From positions 11,881-75,880 of the forward strand of contig JAWCLW010000001.1 of assembly GCA_039091535.1 (NCBI GenBank): DNA of 64,000 nucleotides, in the 5' to 3' direction. The notes under the pieces were generated by a model, which was not told the DNA's origin, ran no database searches, and saw only the letters and a list, made by a program, of their open reading frames with translations. The translations under genes were made by a program, and so were the position numbers. Each line of letters begins with the position of its first letter. Position 1 is the stretch's first letter. This stretch comes from Candidatus Aenigmatarchaeota archaeon (lineage in GTDB: Archaea; Aenigmatarchaeota; Aenigmatarchaeia; GW2011-AR5). This document shows, piece by piece, positions 40,024 through 48,656 of the stretch.

Positions 40024-41296
40024 TTGAATTACCTTGAGAGACTCTCCAAATCCTAATTATTGCATCCCTTATTATACCTTTTCTGATATTACAAAGATAC
40101 TTATCTACTTTATATGGGTCTCCAGTTGTTAGGGAATTATGAACAGGGCAACCACCACAACATATATATTTTGCAAAACAATCATTGCATTCCTTCATAT
40201 AATCCACAGAATGTTTGATTAATTTATATATTTTGAGTGGTTGATATTCAAATTTATCTTCATCCTCATTATATTTACCCACTAAAAATAGGTCAGAAAG
40301 TGGTGTATTTTCATTTTGTATTTCTAAACAAAAAGTTATTTTACCTTCAGGTGTAACCATAAGTCTTCCTCCATGTGATGAGAAACAAAACTGTTTAGAG
40401 GGATTTAGCAAAAAAAATAAACTAGATTCAGTCACTTTCATGCTATATTTTTTGGCCATGTCTAGTGCCTTCTTAAAGTTTGTCACATAATCTTTTGTTT
40501 TTGGTCTTAAATATTCTTTTCCTGTACCCCGTCCAGAAGGTGTAAAAGATTCAAAATGAACACATTCTATACCTAATTGATTAAAATACTCTATTATTTC
40601 ACTCATTCTATTTACAGAATAACTAGTAATTGTTGTTCGAGCTTTGAGATCGCATCCAGCATCAATTATTTTTTTTATAGTTTTTTCCACAATAGGATAA
40701 GAAGGTTTATTATTAGGTGCTGGTCTTTGATAGTTCTGAATATCTGGTGGCCCATCAATTGAAACAAAAAATAAAAAATTATTTTTTATTAAGAAATTTA
40801 ACTTTTTGTTATTCATCACACAATTTGTCGTTACTTCAAATATGGGTTCTACACTTGTATTATTTAAAACATAGTTAATTGTCGATTCTATACATCTGAA
40901 ATTCATGGTAGGTTCTCCACCAAAAAAATACAAATGAAGTTTTTTTGAATTAGGTTTTAAAACCTCTTTAACAGAACGTATAGCTAACTTTTCACTCATA
41001 TATAATGCACTTTCGCCACCTCTTGCAAAACAGTATATACAACGCAAATTACAATCTGAGGTGGTTAAAAGGGTAAGTCTTTCTTCTCCTTTTTTATATC
41101 TCGTTAATATCTTTGGAGTACCAAAAAATCCTTCCCTTTCTAATTGTTTTTTAACATTTTCGTTATTAATCTGTTGTTTAGTAAGAGATGCTATTTTGCC
41201 AACATACGGTGAGAAAACGATAAAATTTTTACCTTCTACAACACAAGGCAATCCATTATATAGCAATTCTTTTAATTTCTTAGATTGATTTTTCAT
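40013..41296 (-). CDS. Radical SAM enzyme with C-terminal SPASM domain and ~85-aa N-terminal RRE-like extension
   Basis: CNLRCIYCF (Cx3Cx2C); SPASM ECNDCFAKYICCGGCP (Cx2Cx5Cx3C) plus upstream auxiliary Cys; the N-terminal beta-beta-alpha segment before the rSAM core is consistent with a RiPP recognition element. Confidence 0.8.
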   Translation of the reverse strand: MKNQSKKLKELLYNGLPCVVEGKNFIVFSPYVGKIASLTKQQINNENVKKQLEREGFFGTPKILTRYKKGEERLTLLTTSDCNLRCIYCFARGGESALYMSEKLAIRSVKEVLKPNSKKLHLYFFGGEPTMNFRCIESTINYVLNNTSVEPIFEVTTNCVMNNKKLNFLIKNNFLFFVSIDGPPDIQNYQRPAPNNKPSYPIVEKTIKKIIDAGCDLKARTTITSYSVNRMSEIIEYFNQLGIECVHFESFTPSGRGTGKEYLRPKTKDYVTNFKKALDMAKKYSMKVTESSLFFLLNPSKQFCFSSHGGRLMVTPEGKITFCLEIQNENTPLSDLFLVGKYNEDEDKFEYQPLKIYKLIKHSVDYMKECNDCFAKYICCGGCPVHNSLTTGDPYKVDKYLCNIRKGIIRDAIIRIWRVSQGNSNAE

Positions 41297-41336
41297 TGTT
41301 CCTCATAGAATTATAAAAAGATAAAAAATAAAAAGT

Positions 41337-41471
41337 TTAATCCTGAGCACATTCAAGACCATTGAGTACTCTTTTATATTTTTCAAACTTTTCATACTTA
41401 GAAGGTCTTGTACCTATTTCTTCTGGCAATACTATTTTATATATTTTAATACTTTTTAATATTTCATTCAT
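41337..41471 (-). CDS. Candidate 44-aa precursor/leader-like peptide (MNEILKSIKIYKIVLPEEIGTRPSKYEKFEKYKRVLNGLECAQD) immediately upstream of the rSAM/SPASM gene
   Basis: Absent from the ORF track; same strand; stop 38 nt before the rSAM ATG; AT-rich TATA-like stretch 25-30 nt upstream; single Cys near the C-terminus. Confidence 0.3.
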   Translation of the reverse strand: MNEILKSIKIYKIVLPEEIGTRPSKYEKFEKYKRVLNGLECAQD

Positions 41472-41779
41472 AACTTAATAATAAATACTAAAAATATTTA
41501 AATTTATCACTTGGTTTATGAATATTTTTTAATTATAATTTTTATAGATTCAAAACTAATTTCAATGGTCTTATATATAACCTGCTCTACAAAATAAAGT
41601 CAAAAATAAAAACTAATTTTTCAAATTACTACATAAATTATTTATTTTACCATTGGTCCACACAAAATAACAAAAAGTATAACAAATAATTAAATTAATG
41701 CATCGTTAAGATGATATAATTGATAATAATGAAGTTAGATGTGGATTAAACTTAAATTTTTAATACTTAATTTTTATTA

Positions 41780-42643
41780 ATGATGAAAATAGAAAAGTTA
41801 GACAAAAAATTAAAAGAAAGATTACGAGAATATTTGATGCAGGACTTTAGTAAAAATGCGATTTATCTTTATGATTTAGATAAAGAATATCCAAAGAGAG
41901 CTGATTTTTCTGTTTTGTTACAAAATGAAAAAATAAAAGGATTTAATGTTATTTGGATGGATAATCCTAATTTTTGTTATTTACATATCATAGCAGAAGA
42001 CGAAGAATCTTTCTTAGAGTTACTTAAAAATTCCAAAAGTCATCTTGAGAAGGCAAAACGTCTTATTATATCATCAGAATTTTCATCGATATTGGAAAAT
42101 GAATTCAGTCTTGTTGGTGATCATATGAATTTAATGTCTCTTACTAAAGGTAATGAAAAATTAGAAATAAAACATCCTGTTAGAAGATTGCAACATGAAG
42201 ATTTACCATATATTATAGAACTCTTAAAAGAAGGCACAAATTTGTATGTTAAAGATAATGATGTGAGAAATGGTATTCTTAAATCAGTTGAAAACTCAAT
42301 TGATAAAGGGTTATTTTTTGGTTGTTTTATTAACAATGAATTAGTATCTTTTATTCGTACTACAATATCATATCCACCGATAACTATGATAGATACACTA
42401 TATACGAAAAAAGTTTTGCAAAGAAGTGGGGCTGGTCAATCTGTTACATCTGGTTTAATTAAAGAATTGTTTTATAATAGAAGCGAGTTTAATGAAATAC
42501 AATTATATGAAGAAAAGAAAAATTTACCAGCCTTCAATCTTTATACTAAACTTGGATTTAAGGTACTAAAAGAATATATAAGATACAATATAACAGGCAT
42601 TAGTTTCAATTGTCGGTATTATTTATTATTAGGGGGTCTGTGA
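41780..42643 (+). CDS. Two-domain GNAT-family N-acetyltransferase
   Basis: C-terminal GNAT signature (LQRSGAGQSVTSGLI...AFNLYTKLGF); N-terminal domain unclassified. Confidence 0.65.
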   Translation: MMKIEKLDKKLKERLREYLMQDFSKNAIYLYDLDKEYPKRADFSVLLQNEKIKGFNVIWMDNPNFCYLHIIAEDEESFLELLKNSKSHLEKAKRLIISSEFSSILENEFSLVGDHMNLMSLTKGNEKLEIKHPVRRLQHEDLPYIIELLKEGTNLYVKDNDVRNGILKSVENSIDKGLFFGCFINNELVSFIRTTISYPPITMIDTLYTKKVLQRSGAGQSVTSGLIKELFYNRSEFNEIQLYEEKKNLPAFNLYTKLGFKVLKEYIRYNITGISFNCRYYLLLGGL

Positions 42644-42728
42644 GGGCGTGGAAATTATATAATTAATTACTATTAAGTTACAGTATATAGAAAGGTTTAT
42701 AAAGTTTTGAAGAATACTTATTTAAAGT

Positions 42729-43395
42729 ATGATAGATAGGAGCAGATTAGAAGAATTGTTAAGCGAATTGTTAGATGGACATGAAATAAATCCATTTTCA
42801 TTAGATTTTTATTCTAAATAGCCCAAGAGCCACTGCGGATTCTATTAGGCAAGTTCACACTATTCTTAGAAGATATGGGTTAACTAATGAGAAGATAGCG
42901 TCACAAGCTCAACTGCTTGGAAGAGATCCGGAAACTATTGAAAGAAATTATCAGAGTTATGTTGGACTATTAAGACAAGATATTCGTCTGATATACCCTG
43001 ATGTCATCAGCCGTTCCAAAGAAGAAATCAAACAAATGTTAAGAAGTCGTGAATACAGAAGTTCTGGAAAAGATTTACTAACTAACCAAGCACAACTACT
43101 AGGAATACCGCCTGAAACGATAGAAGCAAACGTTCAATATCTCAATTCAATTGGGATAGATTATAAGAATGTTTTCTTGTTGGGAACAAAACCACAAACA
43201 AAAAGACAAAAAATGGCTTGGATGTTAAGAGAATTATTTGATTACAGAACTCTCCCATATGAAGAAAGAAAAGACGCAATTGATGGTTTATACGATTTCG
43301 TAAGAAACGATTCTACAATTTTAACCAGATCCATTAAGTATCTGGAAAGAAATAGAGATAAATTAAGAGAAAGAGTTACGCAATATAGAAGATAA
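42729..43395 (+). pseudogene. mTERF-repeat protein gene interrupted by a frameshift at a T5 run
   Basis: Frame 0 ORF MIDRSRLEELLSELLDGHEINPFSLDFYSK* ends at 42819; frame +1 continues without a start codon through two about 33-aa repeats (SQAQLLGRDPETIERNYQSYVGLL / NQAQLLGIPPETIEANVQYLNSIGI) typical of mTERF motifs; the region is GC-richer than its flanks. Confidence 0.45.
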
Positions 43396-43688
43396 TTTCC
43401 GATCCGACCCCCATTTTTCTATATAGTGCCGAGAACTCAAAAATTTTCCTGCGGAACGTTGCACTAAATTTTTGCCGTTCGGGACACTTTGTAGAATTTT
43501 TTTCTTTAACGAAGATACTGTATAATTTACTAATATTTTTTTATATTATACCTCGCTTTCTTTTAAAGGATATAATTCAAATTTTTAATTAATTTTTAAT
43601 CCTATAGATTTGTTCATTATAGAAAAATCTGTTAAAATTAGCTTTGAATTGGCTCTTAGATTTAAATATTTAATCTTAAAAATAAATT

Positions 43689-44090
43689 ATGAAACTAAAA
43701 GGTGTATATATTTTATTAATTAGTATTGCTAAAGATATACGAATAAATATAGGCTCATTAGGAAAAATAAAATTTTCTGCAGGTAATTATGTATATGTTG
43801 GTTCCGCACAAAATAATATTATGAAAAGAATTGAAAGACATAAATCAAAAACAAAAAATAAATTTTGGCATATTGATTATTTGCTTGATAGTAAATATGC
43901 AAAAATTTTAAAGATATTTTACAAGGAATCAAAAAAATCTGAAGAATGTAGAATTGCAAATAGATTATTAAAAAATGAAATTTTAATTAAAAATTTTGGT
44001 TGTTCTGATTGCAATTGTAAATCGCATTTATTCAAAATCAAAAACATAAAAAATATTTTGAAATTAGGTATGAAAATTTATAAATGGTGA
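43689..44090 (+). CDS. DUF123 (GIY-YIG superfamily) protein
   Basis: KGVYILL...GSLG...AGNYVYVGSA...HKSK...KFWHIDYLL pattern. Confidence 0.65.
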   Translation: MKLKGVYILLISIAKDIRINIGSLGKIKFSAGNYVYVGSAQNNIMKRIERHKSKTKNKFWHIDYLLDSKYAKILKIFYKESKKSEECRIANRLLKNEILIKNFGCSDCNCKSHLFKIKNIKNILKLGMKIYKW

Positions 44091-44800
44091 ATAAAATGAG
44101 ACTTGCAGCATTATTGAGCGGTGGAAAAGATTCATTATATTCGATGTACCTTGCAAAAAAACATGGTCATAAGATAAAATATATAATCTCAATTATTTCT
44201 GAAAATCCTGAAAGCTATATGTTTCATGTTCCTAATATAGAATTTGTAAAGCAGCAGGCAAAAGCGATGCAAATACCTATAATACAAAAGATGACAAAAG
44301 GTATCAAGGAAGAAGAATTATTAGATTTGGAAAAAGTTTTGAAAAAAATAAGAAAAAATATTGATGGTGTTGTAACTGGTGCTGTTGCAAGTGTTTATCA
44401 AAAAACAAGGATAGATAAAATTTGCGAGGTGCTGGAATTAAAATCCATAGCACCATTGTGGAACACTAATCCTGAAAAAATTTTGAACAATATGTTAAAT
44501 GAAAATTTTGATATTTTAATAACAGCAGTTGCAGCACCTCCAATGGATGAAAATTGGCTTGGACGTAAACTTGATAAAAGATGTTTGAATGAGTTAATAA
44601 ATTTAAATAAACTTTATAGAATAAGCATAAATGGCGAAGGTGGTGAATATGAAACATTTGTTCTGGATTGTCCATTATTCAAAAGTAAAATAGAAATTCT
44701 TGATTATGAAAATTTCTGGGATAAAAAAACAAATTCAGGGTTTATGCAATTCAAGAAAATAAAACTAGTAAAAAAAAATTCAAAATCTAGCTTCCTCTAA
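44084..44800 (+). CDS. dph6: Diphthine-ammonia ligase-like PP-loop ATPase (Dph6 N-domain / MJ0570 family)
   Basis: PP-loop LLSGGKDS; EGGEYETFV motif; 238 aa. Confidence 0.75.
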   Translation: MVNKMRLAALLSGGKDSLYSMYLAKKHGHKIKYIISIISENPESYMFHVPNIEFVKQQAKAMQIPIIQKMTKGIKEEELLDLEKVLKKIRKNIDGVVTGAVASVYQKTRIDKICEVLELKSIAPLWNTNPEKILNNMLNENFDILITAVAAPPMDENWLGRKLDKRCLNELINLNKLYRISINGEGGEYETFVLDCPLFKSKIEILDYENFWDKKTNSGFMQFKKIKLVKKNSKSSFL

Positions 44801-45562
44801 TGCTTTTGAACATATACAACTTCTTTTTTCTAGTATTTTTGGTATAAGTTCAAAAATCAGTTTCTTTAATTTTTCATTATTTTCATTAAAGACCCTTACG
44901 ACTTCATTAAATGTTACTGGCTTTATTGTTGGATCATCTTTCAGACCAGCATCGTAATCTGTGACAATAGAAATATTAGCATAACAAATCTCCATTTCCC
45001 TGGCAAGTATCAATTCTGGGTATATAGTCATATTTATGATATCCCAATTATTTTTTCTGTAAAATTCACTCTCTGCCTTTGTCGAAAATCTTGGACCTTG
45101 AATTACAACAACAGTTCCTTTATTATGAACAGTGAGATTCAAATCTTTTGCTGTTTTTATTAATAATTCTCTTAATTCAGGACAAAATGGTTCTGCTGAT
45201 GAAATATGTGTTGTTTCATTTTCATTATAAAATGTATCATCTCTATGTGTAAAATTCACAAATTGATCTGGAACAAGAAATTCTCCAGGTCTTATCTCTT
45301 TTTTTAGCGAACCAACAGATGCAGGAGCAATTATTCTCGTAACACCTAATTTTTTTAATGCATAGATATTTGCTTTATATGGAATTTTATGTGGCGGATA
45401 TTCATGTTTTTTTCCATGCCTTGGTAAGAATGCAACATCCTTACCAGAAATCTTACCAATCGATATCAAAGAGTTTGGTCTACCATAAGGTGTTTCTATA
45501 TCTTTTTCTTCTACATTCTCAAGCAATGAATAAAATCCAGAACCACCTATTATACCTATCAT
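44780..45562 (-). CDS. mtnP: 5'-methylthioadenosine / purine nucleoside phosphorylase (PNP family II)
   Basis: MIGIIGGSGFY N-terminus, PRHG and conserved phosphate/ribose-binding segments; 260 aa. Confidence 0.88.
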   Translation of the reverse strand: MIGIIGGSGFYSLLENVEEKDIETPYGRPNSLISIGKISGKDVAFLPRHGKKHEYPPHKIPYKANIYALKKLGVTRIIAPASVGSLKKEIRPGEFLVPDQFVNFTHRDDTFYNENETTHISSAEPFCPELRELLIKTAKDLNLTVHNKGTVVVIQGPRFSTKAESEFYRKNNWDIINMTIYPELILAREMEICYANISIVTDYDAGLKDDPTIKPVTFNEVVRVFNENNEKLKKLIFELIPKILEKRSCICSKALEEARF

Positions 45563-45612
45563 ATGTATTGTATAAAAATAAAAGGTTAAAAATTTATATA
45601 AAGTTGATAACT

Positions 45613-45945
45613 ATGTCATTATTAGATATGCTAATAAAAGGTTACAAAATATATCCGATCAAATTAGATGATAAAGTGTATTTCCCAAAATACAATCCAA
45701 TTTCTTATAATTATCCTTCTTATATTCCTAATATTGAAATATTTGAAATAGATGAGCATTATTTACCAAGATTTGTTCTGGGGATGACAGATGGGAAAAA
45801 AATACAGCTCAAAAATAACTTAGGATATTTTAGAAAATTTGTTCTTGCGCATGAGGAAGAGCATATAAAGGATATGGAAGCAAGTGAGGATGTTATTGAT
45901 AAAAGGGTATGTGCAAGACTTGGTTTATCTTATCCACCAATTTAA
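45613..45945 (+). CDS. Small HExxH protein (ImmA/IrrE-like DUF955 fragment)
   Basis: FVLAHEEEHIKD motif; the ORF-track version (45358) overlaps mtnP on the opposite strand, so the internal start was preferred. Confidence 0.35.
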   Translation: MSLLDMLIKGYKIYPIKLDDKVYFPKYNPISYNYPSYIPNIEIFEIDEHYLPRFVLGMTDGKKIQLKNNLGYFRKFVLAHEEEHIKDMEASEDVIDKRVCARLGLSYPPI

Positions 45946-45969
45946 AAATTTTATTTCTAATTTATTTCT

Positions 45970-47253
45970 ATGAACATTTATATAGAAACATATGGGTGCT
46001 CAAATAATATTGCTGAAAGTCAGATAATGGCTGGATTATTAACAAGAAGTGGATTTAGTGTAATAAATGACATAGAGAACGCAGATATAATAATTGTGAA
46101 CACATGCAGTGTAAAATCAACAACAGAACAGAAAATTTTATATAGAATAAAGCACTTACGTGAAAAATATCCAAAAAAGAAAATGATAATTACAGGATGC
46201 ATGCCTGAATCAGAATACGATATAGTAAAGTCTTTTGTACCAAATGCATCCTTTGTAGGAACACATCACATAACATATATAGCAAAAGCTGTAAAATCAG
46301 AGATGGAAAATAAACATATAGAATTACTGGGAAAAATAAAAAAAGAGAAGTTGTGTCTTCCAAAAATTAGAGAAAATAATGCTATCGATATAGTTCCTAT
46401 TTCAAGTGGGTGCTCATCATATTGCAGTTATTGTTCAACAAAACTTGCAAAAGGTGATTTATTTTCTTATTCAGGAGAAAAAATAATTGAAGAAATCAAA
46501 ATAGCAAAATCAGATGGATGCAAAGAATTCTGGCTCACAAGCCAGGATTGTGGTTGTTATGGTCTTGATAAAAATACAAATATTACAGAATTATTGAAAA
46601 ATATAATAAAAAATGTTTCTGGAAAATATTTTTTGCGCATAGGTATGATGAATCCACAAAATATTATGAAATTTATACCAGAATTAATAGATGTATTTAA
46701 AGATGAACATGTATTCAAATTTATTCATTTACCTGTACAATCTGGAAGCGATAAAATTCTTAAATTGATGAATCGTGGATATACGATAAATGATTTTAAA
46801 CATATTATAAATGAATTTAGAAAAGAAATTCCTGAAATAACGTTATGGACAGATATCATTGTTGGATTTCCAAGTGAGGATGAAGAAGATTTTAATAAAA
46901 GTGTTGAGCTTATCAAAGAAATAAAACCAGATTTTGTGAATATATCCACCTTTGGACCAAGACCAGGAACAAAAGCAGCAAAAATGAAACAAATATTAAC
47001 AAATATAAAAAAGGAAAGGACAAGGATATTAACAAAAATTGTTGATAAAATATCTTTAGAAAAAAACAAAAAATGGGTTGGATGGAAGGGTGAAGTTATT
47101 ATAGATGAATATAAAAAAGAGAGAAAAAATTTTATAGCAAGGAATTTTGCATACAAGCCAATAGTACTACATGGGAACTTCAAGATTGGTGATTTTGTAA
47201 ATGCCAAAATAATATCAGCCTCTAAAACATATCTTGTTGGTGAAGTTTATTGA
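45970..47253 (+). CDS. mtaB: tRNA methylthiotransferase, MiaB-like archaeal/eukaryotic MtaB (CDKAL1) type
   Basis: N-terminal MTTase Cys (YGCSNN, NTCSVK, GCM) and radical-SAM CSSYCSYC; C-terminal TRAM domain. Confidence 0.88.
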   Translation: MNIYIETYGCSNNIAESQIMAGLLTRSGFSVINDIENADIIIVNTCSVKSTTEQKILYRIKHLREKYPKKKMIITGCMPESEYDIVKSFVPNASFVGTHHITYIAKAVKSEMENKHIELLGKIKKEKLCLPKIRENNAIDIVPISSGCSSYCSYCSTKLAKGDLFSYSGEKIIEEIKIAKSDGCKEFWLTSQDCGCYGLDKNTNITELLKNIIKNVSGKYFLRIGMMNPQNIMKFIPELIDVFKDEHVFKFIHLPVQSGSDKILKLMNRGYTINDFKHIINEFRKEIPEITLWTDIIVGFPSEDEEDFNKSVELIKEIKPDFVNISTFGPRPGTKAAKMKQILTNIKKERTRILTKIVDKISLEKNKKWVGWKGEVIIDEYKKERKNFIARNFAYKPIVLHGNFKIGDFVNAKIISASKTYLVGEVY

Positions 47254-47330
47254 TTTTTAATTAAATTTGGTCAACCGAAAGCTTTATATATTAAATAATC
47301 ACTATATAGTAGTATTAATGGTGATTAATT

Positions 47331-47528
47331 ATGAATAATTTTATATATAAAATAAAAGGAAATGAATTTAGTATTTATATCACACAAATAAAAAATGGTA
47401 TCTTTTTTAATTTAAATAAAGCTATTGAATTGGCTAATACAAATTGGAAGCGATATCTCTTGAAAAAAGCATTAGATGAGAATATTAAAAAATTGAAAGA
47501 AGAACCTATTCAATATTTAAAATGGTGA
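47331..47528 (+). CDS. Hypothetical small protein (65 aa)
   Basis: ORF only; first of three tightly packed small ORFs. Confidence 0.3.
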   Translation: MNNFIYKIKGNEFSIYITQIKNGIFFNLNKAIELANTNWKRYLLKKALDENIKKLKEEPIQYLKW

Positions 47529-47818
47529 GAAAAATGAGTTATCCACAAAAGACGTTTCTTGAAAAGTATGGAAATCGGTTTCAGGTAAAAAGAAAATTAG
47601 ATCCATATGCTTCAGGACTTTCAACTATGTTAGGTTTAACTATTTTTATTTGTTTAACTGAACTTTTAACTCCAGAAACAACAGAATATATCTATAAAGC
47701 AATCGAATCATTTGGAGGAGTTGATAAATTTGCATTAGCACAATACTTGGTAGCTGGTGCTGGTGGTTTGTCTACTGGTTTATTTTCATATCCAATATTT
47801 AGAAAGATTTTAAAATGA
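47522..47818 (+). CDS. Hypothetical small protein (98 aa) with one hydrophobic helix and a Gly-rich C-terminal part
   Basis: Overlaps the upstream ORF by 7 nt. Confidence 0.35.
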   Translation: MVRKMSYPQKTFLEKYGNRFQVKRKLDPYASGLSTMLGLTIFICLTELLTPETTEYIYKAIESFGGVDKFALAQYLVAGAGGLSTGLFSYPIFRKILK

Positions 47819-47830
47819 AGTTGAATAAAA

Positions 47831-48067
47831 ATGAAAGAATTTGATATAGAAACTGAGCTAAAAAACTTGATGACCGAAATAAATGAATATAGGGAAAAAA
47901 ATAATTTGTGCCCTTTACAGAGAAGTCATGAAAATTATAAATTTTGCCTTGTTTTAAATAATTATCATCCACCAAGACTTTGTTGTTACTTTGATAAAAA
48001 TATCATCTTTGTAAAAGATGAAAATAATTTAATAGGTAGCCCATATAATTTATGTAATTTCAAATGA
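47831..48067 (+). CDS. Cys-rich small protein (78 aa) with CAP/SCP-like N-terminal motif
   Basis: LMTEINEYREKNNL resembles the first helix of CAP/PR-1 domains; five Cys; truncated relative to a full CAP domain. Confidence 0.3.
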   Translation: MKEFDIETELKNLMTEINEYREKNNLCPLQRSHENYKFCLVLNNYHPPRLCCYFDKNIIFVKDENNLIGSPYNLCNFK

Positions 48068-48177
48068 TGCTTCACACAATCAAAGTATTATACTGTTGTT
48101 TCATATCTTATAGCATTGCAAAACAAAAGTAATCTATTTGCTAAATTGGCAAATCCAAAAAATGGTTCTTGTGATGT

Positions 48178-48558
48178 TTATATTAAAACAGAATAATATC
48201 CCATAACGTAAGGCATAACAAATATACTAAGAATCTCATAGACAACAAATGCAATTATTATAACTTTCAGTTTTGTTATCATTTCTGCTTTAAGTAATAT
48301 TTCACCAAGAATTATCCATATTATTAGTGGAAATATAAATATTTCAAAATATGGTATTGAAATGTTTATATATGTAGTTAACAATGCACCTGCTATTGGT
48401 GCGAGAAATAATGCAACAATTGCTAAAATAAATGAATGTTTTGTATCTATATTATGTGCTATAATAGCATCGCTAATAATTATTGCAATAAATGCAATTA
48501 TCGAACTTATAAGTGTACTCACAGCAAAACCTATGCTCAGAAAAGATTCGATTGGCAT
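48178..48558 (-). CDS. Integral membrane protein (4 TM), hypothetical
   Basis: 126 aa, highly hydrophobic. Confidence 0.45.
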   Translation of the reverse strand: MPIESFLSIGFAVSTLISSIIAFIAIIISDAIIAHNIDTKHSFILAIVALFLAPIAGALLTTYINISIPYFEIFIFPLIIWIILGEILLKAEMITKLKVIIIAFVVYEILSIFVMPYVMGYYSVLI

Positions 48559-48656
48559 ATATAATTTTTGATTTATGTTGTATTTAAATTTTTACATCTT
48601 ATATAAAAACAAATTTAAGTTTATAAAATCATTAAAAAAACAAGACAGGTGATTTT

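Noticed and set aside
41337-41471. Calling the 44-aa ORF a bona fide RiPP precursor
   Set aside because: Only one Cys, no Trp, and no conservation data; kept only as a low-confidence candidate.
43396-43530. Imperfect hairpin cggaacg...cgttcgg and ...aaattttt... triple repeat downstream of the mTERF pseudogene as a distinct ncRNA
   Set aside because: Too short and degenerate to call; treated as part of the GC-rich islet finding.
45358-45612. 5' extension of ORF 45358-45945 overlapping the mtnP gene on the opposite strand
   Set aside because: Overlap with a well-supported gene; the conserved-looking part starts at the internal Met (45613).
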